From an uncultured Gammaproteobacteria bacterium (GTDB lineage: Bacteria; Patescibacteriota; Patescibacteriia; UBA2591; UBA6264): DNA of 32,000 nt. The notes beneath the pieces were generated by a model. The model made no database searches and was not told the origin of the DNA. It was given only the letters and a program-made list of their open reading frames with translations. This document shows, piece by piece, positions 16,417 to 25,829 of this stretch; within the stretch, counting starts at the first letter, position 1; each line of letters starts with the position of its first letter. The position numbers and the translations under genes are program-made. The stretch lies in the NCBI GenBank assembly GCA_964507075.1, contig CAZDOL010000001.1, positions 13,040-45,039 of the forward strand, read 5' to 3'.

Positions 16417-17067
16417 CTATTGTTCAGTTGAAGCTGAAGGGTCTCCTTCTTTCTTTTCTTCTTCCTCTCCTTCTCCTTCACTTACCGAAGCAGGACTTTC
16501 CTCTTCTTCTTCCTTTATGTTGTGCGCCCTAACTGTTGCTACCGAACTCTCAATATCGGAAAGAATTTTAATATTTTCTGGCACATCTAAGTCGCCGACC
16601 CGAATAATATCATTGAGTTCAGTCAACTTGCTTAAATCAACTTCAATGCTTCTTATTAAATCTTTAGGAAGACATTCTACTTCTATTTTGTCTAATTCAT
16701 GAACCAAGATGCCACTAAAATCTTTAACTGCTTTTGAGGTTCCAATAAACTCCAAACCTACCTCAACAATAATTTTTTCTCCTTCTTTAACCTGATAAAA
16801 ATCAATATGCTCAACTTTATCAGTCAAAGGATGATATTGAATAGCGTGGACCAAAACCTTTCTGTCAGCTTGGCCTTCGACTTTTAAATTCATTAAACTA
16901 CTTTCTCCGGACTGCTTAAATGCTTTTTCAAAATCAGAAAGCAAGACCTGAACTGAAAGCGATTTTAAACCATGACCATAGACAACAGCAGGAATGATAT
17001 TTTCTTTTCTTAAATTTTTTGTTTTTTTGCCCGTTGTTTCTCGGACACTTGCTTTTAATTCTAACAT
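16417..17067 (-). CDS. rplY: 50S ribosomal protein L25 / general stress protein Ctc, with an acidic C-terminal tail
   Basis: The N-terminus LKASVRETTGKKTKNLRKENIIPAVVYGHG and the two-domain length are typical of Ctc-type L25. The tail reads EEEEESPASVSEGEGEEEEKKEGD. Confidence 0.88.
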   Translation of the reverse strand: MLELKASVRETTGKKTKNLRKENIIPAVVYGHGLKSLSVQVLLSDFEKAFKQSGESSLMNLKVEGQADRKVLVHAIQYHPLTDKVEHIDFYQVKEGEKIIVEVGLEFIGTSKAVKDFSGILVHELDKIEVECLPKDLIRSIEVDLSKLTELNDIIRVGDLDVPENIKILSDIESSVATVRAHNIKEEEEESPASVSEGEGEEEEKKEGDPSASTEQ

Positions 17068-17072
17068 AAATA

Positions 17073-18215
17073 TTATTTATTATTATTAATTAAGACAAAA
17101 CTTTCGGCATCTTCAATTGTTTGGGCCCTAGCAAAGGGTTGATGCCCTAAAACACTTTCCACTAAACCTAAGCTAATCAAGGTGAGCACCAAAGAACTTC
17201 CACCATAACTAACCAAGGGCAGGGGCAAACCGATAATAGGAGCTAAACCGATATTCATCCCTACGTTTATAATCATTTGAAAAAAAAGATAAATAGTAAC
17301 CCCGCAAATTAAAACTAAACTAAAATTCCCATAAACATGGCGGGCAATACGCATTAATCTCAAAAGCAATAACGAATAAATTCCCAAGAGCAATAAGCAT
17401 CCCAAGAGGCCGAATTCTTCAGCCAAAACCGCAAAAGCAAAATCTGTTTCCGAGTCTGGCAAAAACTTCAACTGGCTTTGCGGACCTAAACCAAATCCAC
17501 GACCAAAAAATTGACCAGAGCCAACCGCAATTATTGATTGACTAATCTGATAACCCCTTTTTAGGGGATCTCTCGCCGGATTCAAATAAATTGAAATGCG
17601 ATCTTTCTGAAAATCTTTAAGTAAAAAAAACCAAGAAAAAGTACTAACTAAAATAATAATTAACAGTAATGATAATAAATGTTTTTTGTTGCTATCTACC
17701 AAAAAAACCACCCCCAACCAGATAAGGATAATTGTTAGGGCCGAACCTAAGTCAGGCTGTTTAATAATTAAAAGAAATAAAGGCAAGATTAAAAGGAAAC
17801 TAAAAAATAAATGTCTCGGCTTAATAGAAGAACGTGCTACTTGCCAAAATTTAGCCAAAATGATAATCGCTGCTAATTTTGCCAATTCTGCGGGTTGAAA
17901 ATTAAAAAAACCAAAATCCAACCATCCTCTAGTCCCTCTTAAATATTTTCCGAAAATCAAAACAGCTCCTAATAATAAAATTGACAACAAATAAATTAAA
18001 AAGGCGGTAGCCTTGATAAAACGAAAATCAATAAAAAAGATGGCCCAGAAAAATAAAAAACCGATTATGGCAAAAATGCATTGTTTAGAAAAAAAATTAA
18101 CACTCGGATTAGACAAAGACAAGCTATACTGCAAAACCAAACCAATAACTACCAACAAAAATGTTAAAACAAATAATGTTTGGTCAAAAGATTTAAGCTT
18201 AAAGAAATTAATCAT
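17073..18215 (-). CDS. SEDS-family peptidoglycan polymerase (FtsW/RodA/SpoVE)
   Basis: 380-aa polytopic protein with PDLGSAL, GSGQFFGRGFGLGPQSQLKFLPDSETDFAFAVLAEEFGLLG and PLPLVSYGGSS motifs. RodA and FtsW cannot be told apart by eye. Confidence 0.88.
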   Translation of the reverse strand: MINFFKLKSFDQTLFVLTFLLVVIGLVLQYSLSLSNPSVNFFSKQCIFAIIGFLFFWAIFFIDFRFIKATAFLIYLLSILLLGAVLIFGKYLRGTRGWLDFGFFNFQPAELAKLAAIIILAKFWQVARSSIKPRHLFFSFLLILPLFLLIIKQPDLGSALTIILIWLGVVFLVDSNKKHLLSLLLIIILVSTFSWFFLLKDFQKDRISIYLNPARDPLKRGYQISQSIIAVGSGQFFGRGFGLGPQSQLKFLPDSETDFAFAVLAEEFGLLGCLLLLGIYSLLLLRLMRIARHVYGNFSLVLICGVTIYLFFQMIINVGMNIGLAPIIGLPLPLVSYGGSSLVLTLISLGLVESVLGHQPFARAQTIEDAESFVLINNNK

Positions 18216-19054
18216 AAAGGAGAAATAAAGACCTTGGGATTAAAAACATCAATTTCTGTTTTAATCTCAATATGGGTAAATGCAGGAATCAATGGCCAAA
18301 CAAAAATCAGGTTCTTCTCCTCATTAGCTCTCCAGCTATTTGTGGAAAGAACATTCAAGCCCACTAAGTTTAAATTATTCTCTAAAGCAATCACAAAGCG
18401 AGTTTCCCAAAAATCATAAATAGAATTATTTTTAGCTTTAAAAGAAATCTGCGGTAAAATTAAAGATTCATTTTCTGCTTGCAAATACTCCAAACCGATA
18501 TCCTCTATTTTTAGTTGATTTAAAATAGATAGTAAATCCTTTTGTGGTTGACGCATTCTCCTCCAAGAAATTTTAGAAATCAAAAATTGAATATCATTCA
18601 CTTCGGAAACCACCTGCGTACCTAAAGTAAAAAAATATTTTCTTTCTTCGGGGTTTATAAAGTTTGACCCTTTAAAAATTTCTAACTCGTCGCTTAAAAA
18701 ATAATATTCTATAGTAGCCCGCCAATCAGGATTAGGATTAAAGACGGTTGTTATAAAATCATATTGAGACTTCTTGGAATCAGGACGAATAACAACTAAA
18801 GAATCCGTGACTATTGGCTGGGGAGCAAAGTGTTGACGGAAGGACAAAAAATCTATCCTGTTTTCTGTCAATCCCTGCATATTTTTCAAATGCTCCTCTT
18901 TTGACCCAAAATAAAAAATCGCTTGAGAAACAATAATGGTTATCAATATAACATCCAAAAAAATTAATACCAATACAAATCCACGATGAATCTGGTTTTT
19001 GTGCTTTAAATACCATTTAGCGTATCGCAATTGTTTGTCAGTTAAATCAGTCAT
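18212..19054 (-). CDS. Single-pass membrane protein, unknown function, coupled to the SEDS gene
   Basis: 280-aa ORF with one N-terminal TM segment (FVLVLIFLDVILITIIVSQAIFYF) and a beta-rich-looking extracytoplasmic domain. Its stop overlaps the SEDS start by 4 nt (ATGA). Confidence 0.6.
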   Translation of the reverse strand: MTDLTDKQLRYAKWYLKHKNQIHRGFVLVLIFLDVILITIIVSQAIFYFGSKEEHLKNMQGLTENRIDFLSFRQHFAPQPIVTDSLVVIRPDSKKSQYDFITTVFNPNPDWRATIEYYFLSDELEIFKGSNFINPEERKYFFTLGTQVVSEVNDIQFLISKISWRRMRQPQKDLLSILNQLKIEDIGLEYLQAENESLILPQISFKAKNNSIYDFWETRFVIALENNLNLVGLNVLSTNSWRANEEKNLIFVWPLIPAFTHIEIKTEIDVFNPKVFISPL

Positions 19055-19116
19055 TTGATATTTTTAATATATTTGTTAGAATATATTATACAATATTTAA
19101 CTAAATAAGCAAAGCT

Positions 19117-19140
19117 TCCTGCCTCGCCGGCAGGCAGGGA
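19117..19140. repeat. GC-rich hairpin, copy A (CCTGCCT-CGCCGGC-AGGCAGG)
   Basis: Stem of 8-9 bp with a 7-nt loop. It is near-identical in word content to copy B at 19484-19503. Confidence 0.8.
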
Positions 19141-19165
19141 AATTAAATATTAATAAATAAAAAAT

Positions 19166-19438
19166 ATGAATATTCAAAATTTTTTTTATGTTGTAGCCAG
19201 CATTTCTATTGTTTTAATAGGAATTTTTTCTATAATTCTTCTCGTTATCGCCATTCTTGTTGCTTGTCGTTTATTTAAATTTTCCAAAAACTTAGCCAAT
19301 ATTTCTAAAAAGAGTGAAGAAATCTTAGAAAAAATAAAAAGTAAAGCAAATCTCATTGCCCTTCTGGCTCTTGCCAAAAATGTAACGAAAGAATTCTTCA
19401 ACAAAAATAGCAAGAAAGAAAAAAAAGAAAAGAAATAG
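19166..19438 (+). CDS. Small membrane-anchored protein (DUF948-like architecture)
   Basis: 90 aa with an N-terminal TM helix, then an amphipathic or coiled segment (NLANISKKSEEILEKIKSK) and a K/E tail. The resemblance to DUF948 is from memory only. Confidence 0.5.
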   Translation: MNIQNFFYVVASISIVLIGIFSIILLVIAILVACRLFKFSKNLANISKKSEEILEKIKSKANLIALLALAKNVTKEFFNKNSKKEKKEKK

Positions 19439-19442
19439 ATAC

Positions 19443-19474
19443 TTAGGTGATTGGGTGCTTAGTTAATTGGGGTC
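19443..19474 (+). repeat. Period-8 TTRG array variant
   Basis: TTAGGTGA, TTGGGTGC, TTAGTTAA, TTGGGGTC. It shows the same TTAG/TTGG alternation and period as the ATTRGAAC arrays. It is also part of a larger imperfect palindrome at 19463-19525. Confidence 0.75.
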
Positions 19475-19483
19475 CTGATTACC

Positions 19484-19503
19484 CCTGCCTACCGGCAGGC
19501 AGG
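19484..19503. repeat. GC-rich hairpin, copy B (CCTGCCT-ACCGGC-AGGCAGG)
   Basis: 7-bp stem with a 6-nt loop. It is nested inside the outer pairing TTAATTGGG (19463-19471) / CCCAATTAA (19517-19525). Confidence 0.8.
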
Positions 19504-19596
19504 CAATCCCCAATGACCCAATTAACACTTCTGATATTTGATAGTTTGTTAGAATAATTAGAATAATTAAGTCAATTAAAATAATTTCTTTGTATT

Positions 19597-22500
19597 ATGT
19601 CTTTCGTCCATCTTCATGTTCATAGCCATTATTCTCTATTAGATGGTTTGCCAAAAATTGACGAACTTATTATGGAGGCCAAAAAACAGAATATGAAGGC
19701 TGTCGCTCTAACTGACCATGGAGTAATGTACGGGACCATTGAATTTTACCAAAAGGCTAAAGCTGCTGGAATTAAACCAATTATTGGCGTAGAAGCCTAT
19801 ATAGCTCCCCACGGTCTTTTAAACAAAAGAGCCAAAATAGACGAAAAACCTTTTCACCTGGTATTATTAGCTAAAAACGAAGAAGGATATAAAAATTTAA
19901 TAAAACTAACAAGCATCGCCCATCTACAGGGTTTTTATTATAAACCACGTCTGGATAAAGAAATTTTAAAACAACATGCTGAGGGAATAATTGCTTTGAG
20001 TGCTTGCTTACAGGGAGAAATACCAAGATTAATTATTAACAATCAAATAAAAAAAGCGGAAGAGGTCTTGCAAGAATACCAAAAAATATTTGGCGAGAAC
20101 TTTTATCTGGAAGTCCAAGACCATCCCAATCTGCGTGAACAAAAAATAGTCAATAAAACGATTTTTAAATTAGCTAAAAAATATAAAGTACCTTTAGTTG
20201 CCACCAATGATGTTCATTATTTAAAACCAGAAGACGCAGAAACTCAAGACATTTTGCTTTGCGTTCAAACCAAAAAAAAGAAAGACGACCCTAATCGTCT
20301 TTCTATGCTTATGGATGATTTCTCTCTTCGTTCTGAAAAAAAAATGCGCGAGAGTTTTCCAGATTACCCAGAGGTTATTTCCAATACTCAAAAAATCGCT
20401 GACCAATGTAATGTGGAAATAAAATTTGGCGAGAACAAACTCCCCTTTTTCCCTCTACCAGCTGGAGAAAATGCAAATCAATATTTGAGAGAATCTTGTG
20501 AAAAAAAAATCATAGAACGTTATGGCAAAAAAACGCCAGAAATATCGGAACGATTAGAAAAAGAATTATCTGTTATTAAAGGGACTGGATTCGCTGGCTA
20601 TTTCTTAATCGTTCAAGATTTTGTTAATTGGGCTAAAAAAAATGACATTGTTGTTGGTCCAGGGAGAGGATCAGCTGCTGGGTCCATTGTTTCCTATCTT
20701 TTGAACATTACTAATATTGACCCCCTGAAGTATGAATTACTTTTTGAACGCTTTTTGGGCGAAGATAGAATAAATATGCCAGATATTGATTTAGATTTCG
20801 CTGACAAAAGGCGTGACGAAGTGATTCAATATATTGAAGAAAAATATGGACATGACCACGTCTCTCAAATCATAACCTTTGGAACAATGGCCGCTCGGGC
20901 TGCTATTCGAGATGTAGGACGAGTCTTAGATTGTCCTTATATGTTTTGTGACAAACTAGCAAAAACCATCCCTCTTGGATTTACTCTTGACCAAGCCTTA
21001 AACCACAGCCAAGAATTAAAAGAAATTTATTCTCAAGAACCCCATGCTCAAGAAATCGTCAAGATAGCTCAAAAATTAGAAGGAGTAATCAGGCACGCTT
21101 CTAAACATGCTTGTGGACTTTTAGTCACTCCCTTGCCTTTAACCGAATATGTTCCTGTTCAATACGATATTTCCGGTCAAGAAAAAATTATTATATCTGA
21201 ATACGATATGTATGCCGTCGAAAGCTTAGGATTATTAAAGGTAGATCTTTTGGGCCTTAAAAACCTAACCATTATCGAGACTGCTCTTGATATCATTAAA
21301 CATATACATGACCAAGAAATCGATATAAATAATATACCTTTGGACGATAAAAAAACATTTCAAATTTTTCAAAAAGCTCAAACCCAGGGAGTTTTTCAAT
21401 TGGAATCAGCGGGGATGCAAAAAAATCTTAAAAAACTAAAACCAACTGTTTTTGAGGATATCATTGCCATGGTCTCTCTTTATCGCCCCGGACCCATGGA
21501 ATTAATCCCTGATTACATTGACCGAAAACATGGCTTAAAACAAATAAAATACTTACACCCTAAGCTAAAACCAATCTTAGAAAAAACATACGGAATCGCT
21601 ATTTATCAAGAGCAAATATTGCAAATTGTGCGAGACCTGGCTGGCTTCTCTCTTTCTGAGGCTGATGTTTTGCGCAAAGCTGTAGGTAAAAAAATTAGCA
21701 AATTATTACAAAAACAAAAAGAAAAATTCCTTAATGGTTGCCTGAAGAATAAAATTCTCAAAGAAACTGCTCAAAAAGTTTTCGCTTTTATTGAACCCTT
21801 TGCTCGTTACGGATTCAATCGTAGTCATGCTACTTGTTACGCGACCATTGCCTATCAAACCGCTTATCTAAAGGCACATTACCCCACTGAATTCGTGGCC
21901 GCTTTACTCTGTTCAGACCAAAACAATATAGACAAAATTACGATTGAAATTAGGTCTGCTGAAGAAATGGGTATTGAAATTTTGCCCCCCAACATAAATG
22001 AAAGCTTCAAGGATTTTACTGTAGTTGACAAGGGTAAGATTAGATTCGGTTTATTAGCCATCAAAAATGTAGGACGAGGAATATCAGAAACAATCATTAG
22101 AGAACGCAAAAAGAACGGTAATTTTCAAAGTTTAGAAGACTTCTTGGCCCGCATTCAATCTAAAGATTTAAACAAAAAATCATTAGAAAGCTTAATCAAA
22201 AGCGGAGCCCTTGATTATCTCCAAGAACGTAATCAAATGCTGGAAAACATAGAAACTCTTTTAGATTTTGCACGCAAGAAACAAAAAGATAAAGAAAATG
22301 GACAAGCTACTCTTTTTAGTATTATCCCAACAACCACAAGGACCAACGGATTAACTTTAAAAAAATCCGACCCAGCTAAAAGACAACAAAAACTTCTTTG
22401 GGAAAGAGAACTTTTGGGCCTTTTTGTGTCTGAACACCCCCTTAAAGAATATGAAGAAATATTAAAAAAATACGCCAAACCAATTAGCGAGATTGGCACC

Positions 22501-22794
22501 CAACACTATCAGACGCAAATAAAAGTAGTCGGTATTATCACCAAAATAAAGAAAATCCTTACCTCCAAGAAAGAAGTTATGGAATTTATTAAGATAGAAG
22601 ACCCTTCTGGAGAAATTGAAATTGTTGTCTTTCCTAAAATACTGAAAGCCAATAGTGAAATTTTGGAAGAAAATAAAACAATTTCGGTTACTGGCACAAT
22701 CTCACGTAAAGATGAATCATTAAAAATCATTGCCGAGAAAATTAGAGAAGTTCAAAAAGAAGCACTAGAAGATTTGTTGCTGAAAAAGAGGTAA
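19597..22794 (+). CDS. dnaE: DNA polymerase III alpha subunit
   Basis: 1065 aa with an N-terminal PHP domain (FVHLHVHSHYSLLDG), polymerase core motifs (PGRGSAAGS, MPDIDLDF, YRPGPM) and a C-terminal OB-fold region. Confidence 0.96.
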   Translation: MSFVHLHVHSHYSLLDGLPKIDELIMEAKKQNMKAVALTDHGVMYGTIEFYQKAKAAGIKPIIGVEAYIAPHGLLNKRAKIDEKPFHLVLLAKNEEGYKNLIKLTSIAHLQGFYYKPRLDKEILKQHAEGIIALSACLQGEIPRLIINNQIKKAEEVLQEYQKIFGENFYLEVQDHPNLREQKIVNKTIFKLAKKYKVPLVATNDVHYLKPEDAETQDILLCVQTKKKKDDPNRLSMLMDDFSLRSEKKMRESFPDYPEVISNTQKIADQCNVEIKFGENKLPFFPLPAGENANQYLRESCEKKIIERYGKKTPEISERLEKELSVIKGTGFAGYFLIVQDFVNWAKKNDIVVGPGRGSAAGSIVSYLLNITNIDPLKYELLFERFLGEDRINMPDIDLDFADKRRDEVIQYIEEKYGHDHVSQIITFGTMAARAAIRDVGRVLDCPYMFCDKLAKTIPLGFTLDQALNHSQELKEIYSQEPHAQEIVKIAQKLEGVIRHASKHACGLLVTPLPLTEYVPVQYDISGQEKIIISEYDMYAVESLGLLKVDLLGLKNLTIIETALDIIKHIHDQEIDINNIPLDDKKTFQIFQKAQTQGVFQLESAGMQKNLKKLKPTVFEDIIAMVSLYRPGPMELIPDYIDRKHGLKQIKYLHPKLKPILEKTYGIAIYQEQILQIVRDLAGFSLSEADVLRKAVGKKISKLLQKQKEKFLNGCLKNKILKETAQKVFAFIEPFARYGFNRSHATCYATIAYQTAYLKAHYPTEFVAALLCSDQNNIDKITIEIRSAEEMGIEILPPNINESFKDFTVVDKGKIRFGLLAIKNVGRGISETIIRERKKNGNFQSLEDFLARIQSKDLNKKSLESLIKSGALDYLQERNQMLENIETLLDFARKKQKDKENGQATLFSIIPTTTRTNGLTLKKSDPAKRQQKLLWERELLGLFVSEHPLKEYEEILKKYAKPISEIGTQHYQTQIKVVGIITKIKKILTSKKEVMEFIKIEDPSGEIEIVVFPKILKANSEILEENKTISVTGTISRKDESLKIIAEKIREVQKEALEDLLLKKR

Positions 22795-22810
22795 AGTGAT
22801 ACAATGAATC

Positions 22811-22826
22811 ATTGGAACATTAGAAC
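22811..22826 (+). repeat. Period-8 array ATTGGAAC ATTAGAAC (2 units)
   Basis: Two units followed by AAAATAA. They lie between the dnaE stop and the start of the 22853 ORF. Confidence 0.8.
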
Positions 22827-22852
22827 AAAATAACAATTAACAACCAATATCT

Positions 22853-24010
22853 ATGCCTAAGGTCTACATTTCTCCTCATCAAAAAATTGGCTATTTATTT
22901 TTAGTATTGACTATTCTGATTATGATTGGAATAATTTTTGGATTTTTCAGCCTTCTCTATGGAGTAGAAATTATAATCACCCCTCAAGCCCAAGAAATAG
23001 ATACTAATTTTACAATCCAAATAAAAGAAAACTCTGATAGTGAAGAATCAATCGCTAACCCTAAAATTTTGATAGGAAAATTCTCAGAAATTATAGAAGC
23101 AGGAGAATCTAATTTTTCGCCCCAAGGAAGCGTATCAACTGAAGATTATGCTGAAGGAATAATAACCCTTTTTAATAATACATGGAATACAGTTACTTTT
23201 GTTTCCAGCACTCGTTTCGCTTCTCCAGAAGGCCTAATTTTCCGAGCCACTAAAATAATAAGAATCCCCTCCAAGGGAGAAGTAGACATATTGGTGCGAG
23301 CCGATAAAATGGGACCAAAATACGACATTGAGCCTTGTTCCTTTACTATTCCTAATTTACGAGACCCTGATTTGAAAGAAAATATATCAGCAAAAAGTAA
23401 AGAATCCATGACTGGCGGTCTCAAAAAAACAGGAATTGTTATGCAAACCGACTTAGACCAAGCCAGAAAAGAAATTCAAGAAAAATTGTACACTCAAACC
23501 TTAGAAAAAATAAAACAAGAATTAAATCCGCCTGCTGATTTTAAAATATCTTTAAAGTCGGAAATCTTAGAAGAAAAAATTAACGCTCAGGCTGGGGACG
23601 AAAAGGGTGAATTTACAATATCAACTAAAATTAAAATGCAAGCAGTTAGTTTCAGTGAAGAAGAACTCTTAAATTTAGCCGTAGAATCGTTAAACGAAAA
23701 AATAATAACTGGAAAACAATTAGCTGGCTATGAACCAGATAGCTTATCTTACCGTTTAAGTGAATATAATTTAGAGGAGAAAACAGCAAACGTGGAAACA
23801 CAATTACGTGGTTATATGATTTTAACACTTAAAAACGAAATTTTAAGTAAAGAACTATTTGAGGGATTAAACAAAGAAGAAATTAATGAATACCTTAATA
23901 AATTTTCCGAAATTCAAGAAGTAAAAATTAAATTTTGGCCATCTTGGTTATTAAAGAAAGTTCCCGAAGGAAACAATAAAATAAAAATTAAAATAAAATA
24001 TGATATCTAA
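22853..24010 (+). CDS. Membrane-anchored hypothetical protein (possible baseplate-J-like fold)
   Basis: 385 aa with an N-terminal TM helix. The block AEGIITLFNN...TRFASPEGLIFRATK...PSKGEVDILVRADKMGPKYDIEP..FTIP reminds me of baseplate J/gp47-like domain proteins that are common in CPR genomes; this is unverified. Its 3' end overlaps the thrS start by 11 nt. Confidence 0.55.
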   Translation: MPKVYISPHQKIGYLFLVLTILIMIGIIFGFFSLLYGVEIIITPQAQEIDTNFTIQIKENSDSEESIANPKILIGKFSEIIEAGESNFSPQGSVSTEDYAEGIITLFNNTWNTVTFVSSTRFASPEGLIFRATKIIRIPSKGEVDILVRADKMGPKYDIEPCSFTIPNLRDPDLKENISAKSKESMTGGLKKTGIVMQTDLDQARKEIQEKLYTQTLEKIKQELNPPADFKISLKSEILEEKINAQAGDEKGEFTISTKIKMQAVSFSEEELLNLAVESLNEKIITGKQLAGYEPDSLSYRLSEYNLEEKTANVETQLRGYMILTLKNEILSKELFEGLNKEEINEYLNKFSEIQEVKIKFWPSWLLKKVPEGNNKIKIKIKYDI

Positions 24011-25817
24011 TCAAACCAAAATACCTTTAGATATGTTACGACATTCTTGTAGTCATTTGATGGCTGCGGCTGTTCTATCTTTGTTTCCCGAAACTAAATT
24101 TGGGGTTGGACCTACTATTGAAAATGGATTTTATTATGACATAGAATTAGATAAAAAATTAAACCCGAACGACCTTCTTAGAATAGAAAAAAGAATGCAA
24201 AAATTGATTTCCCAAAATTTAAAATTTGACAAAAAAGAAATTACCATAAAAGAAGCATTGAAACTTTTTCAAGGCCTAAATCAACCTTATAAAATAGAGT
24301 TATTGCAAGACATTCAAAAAACCGGCACCACGAAAGCATTGAAACATGAAAACATTAGAACATTAGAGCATAAAAAAATAGACAAAGTAAGTGTTTATCA
24401 ATTGGGAAATTTTACTGACCTTTGTCGTGGACCCCATGTTAAATCTACAAAAGATTTAGTCAATGTTTCTTTTAAATTAACAAAAATAGCTGGAGCTTAT
24501 TGGAGGGGTGACGAAAAAAATAAAATGCTAACCAGAATTTACGGCCTAGCATTTGAAAAACAAAAAAAACTTGATGAATATCTAAAAAATTTAGCTGAGG
24601 CAGAAAAAAGAGACCACCGCAAATTAGGAAAAGAATTAGATTTATTTTGCTTCTCTGATTTGGTTGGCCCAGGATTACCTATGTTTACCCCAAAAGGAGT
24701 TATAATTATTGACGAATTAAAAAAAGAAATAGAAAAAATTTGCGCTACTTATGGATTTGAAAAAGTTATGACCCCCCATCTTGCCAAAATAGACCTCTAC
24801 AAGCTGTCTGGTCATGCTCAAAAATTTAGTAAAGAATTATTCCACGTCTCTTCTGAACAAGGACATAATTTTGTAATGAAACCAGTTCAGTGCCCTCACC
24901 AAACCCAAATTTATGCTTCCCAGAAACGCTCTTATCGCGATTTACCGATAAGATATATGGAATCGGAAAAACAATACCGAGCTGAAAAATCAGGTGAAGT
25001 TGGTGGATTAAATAGAGTCTATGCAATCACCATTGAAGATGGGCATTCTTTCTGTCAAATATCTCAAGTAAAACAAGAAATAAAAAATATGGTGAAAATA
25101 ATAAAAGATTTCTATAGCTCCGTTGGACTTTGGGATAATCACTGGGTATCACTTTCCGTCAGAGATTATAATCACCAAGAAAATTATATTGGAGAGCCTA
25201 AAGACTGGGATGAATGTGAAAAGATACTTGAAGAAGTTTCTAAAGAAATGAAACTAAACGCCAAAAGAATTGAAGGAGAAGCAGCTGTCTATGGACCCAA
25301 GCTTGATTTTATGTTTAAAGACTCAATGGGAAAAGAAATCCAAATTCCAACAGTTCAACTTGATTTTGCCACGCCCAAACGTTTTAATTTAGTTTATACC
25401 AACAAAGAAGGTAAAGAAGAATTTGTGGTTATGGTCCATCGCGCTATATTAGGTTCTTACGAGCGCTTTTTAGCATTATTAATTGAGCATTACGCGGGCG
25501 CTTTTCCTATTTGGCTCTCCCCTGCTCAAATATACTTAACGCCTGTTGGAAAAACTCATCACCCAGCAGTAAAAAAAATAGCGCAAGAATTAAAAGAATC
25601 TGGATTAAGAACAGAAATTGATTTATCCAACGAAACTATTTCTTATAAAATTCGTAAAGCCGAAGTGCAAAAAATACCATACATTGTAGTTATTGGCGAC
25701 AAAGAAATAAAAGGAAAATATTTGAACATCAGAGCTAGGGGTAATAAAATGGAAAAATTGACCAAAAAACAATTTATAGAAAAAGTTTTAAAACAAATAA
25801 GAAATAAAAAGTCTTAA
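24000..25817 (+). CDS. thrS: Threonyl-tRNA synthetase (no N-terminal TGS domain)
   Basis: Editing-domain HxxxH (RHSCSHLMAAAV) lies at the very N-terminus. Also present are DLCRGPHV, class II core motifs (HRKLGKELDLF and the MVHRAILGS..ERF region) and a C-terminal anticodon-binding domain. Confidence 0.94.
   Translation: MISNQTKIPLDMLRHSCSHLMAAAVLSLFPETKFGVGPTIENGFYYDIELDKKLNPNDLLRIEKRMQKLISQNLKFDKKEITIKEALKLFQGLNQPYKIELLQDIQKTGTTKALKHENIRTLEHKKIDKVSVYQLGNFTDLCRGPHVKSTKDLVNVSFKLTKIAGAYWRGDEKNKMLTRIYGLAFEKQKKLDEYLKNLAEAEKRDHRKLGKELDLFCFSDLVGPGLPMFTPKGVIIIDELKKEIEKICATYGFEKVMTPHLAKIDLYKLSGHAQKFSKELFHVSSEQGHNFVMKPVQCPHQTQIYASQKRSYRDLPIRYMESEKQYRAEKSGEVGGLNRVYAITIEDGHSFCQISQVKQEIKNMVKIIKDFYSSVGLWDNHWVSLSVRDYNHQENYIGEPKDWDECEKILEEVSKEMKLNAKRIEGEAAVYGPKLDFMFKDSMGKEIQIPTVQLDFATPKRFNLVYTNKEGKEEFVVMVHRAILGSYERFLALLIEHYAGAFPIWLSPAQIYLTPVGKTHHPAVKKIAQELKESGLRTEIDLSNETISYKIRKAEVQKIPYIVVIGDKEIKGKYLNIRARGNKMEKLTKKQFIEKVLKQIRNKKS
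24338..24377 (+). repeat. Period-8 array embedded in frame in thrS
   Basis: ATTGAAAC, ATGAAAAC, ATTAGAAC, ATTAGAGC, ATAAAAAA. It shares the 14-mer ACATTAGAGCATAA with the intergenic array at 13808-13821. It encodes ALKHENIRTLEHKKI. Confidence 0.8.
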
Positions 25818-25829
25818 AAAAAAAGATTT

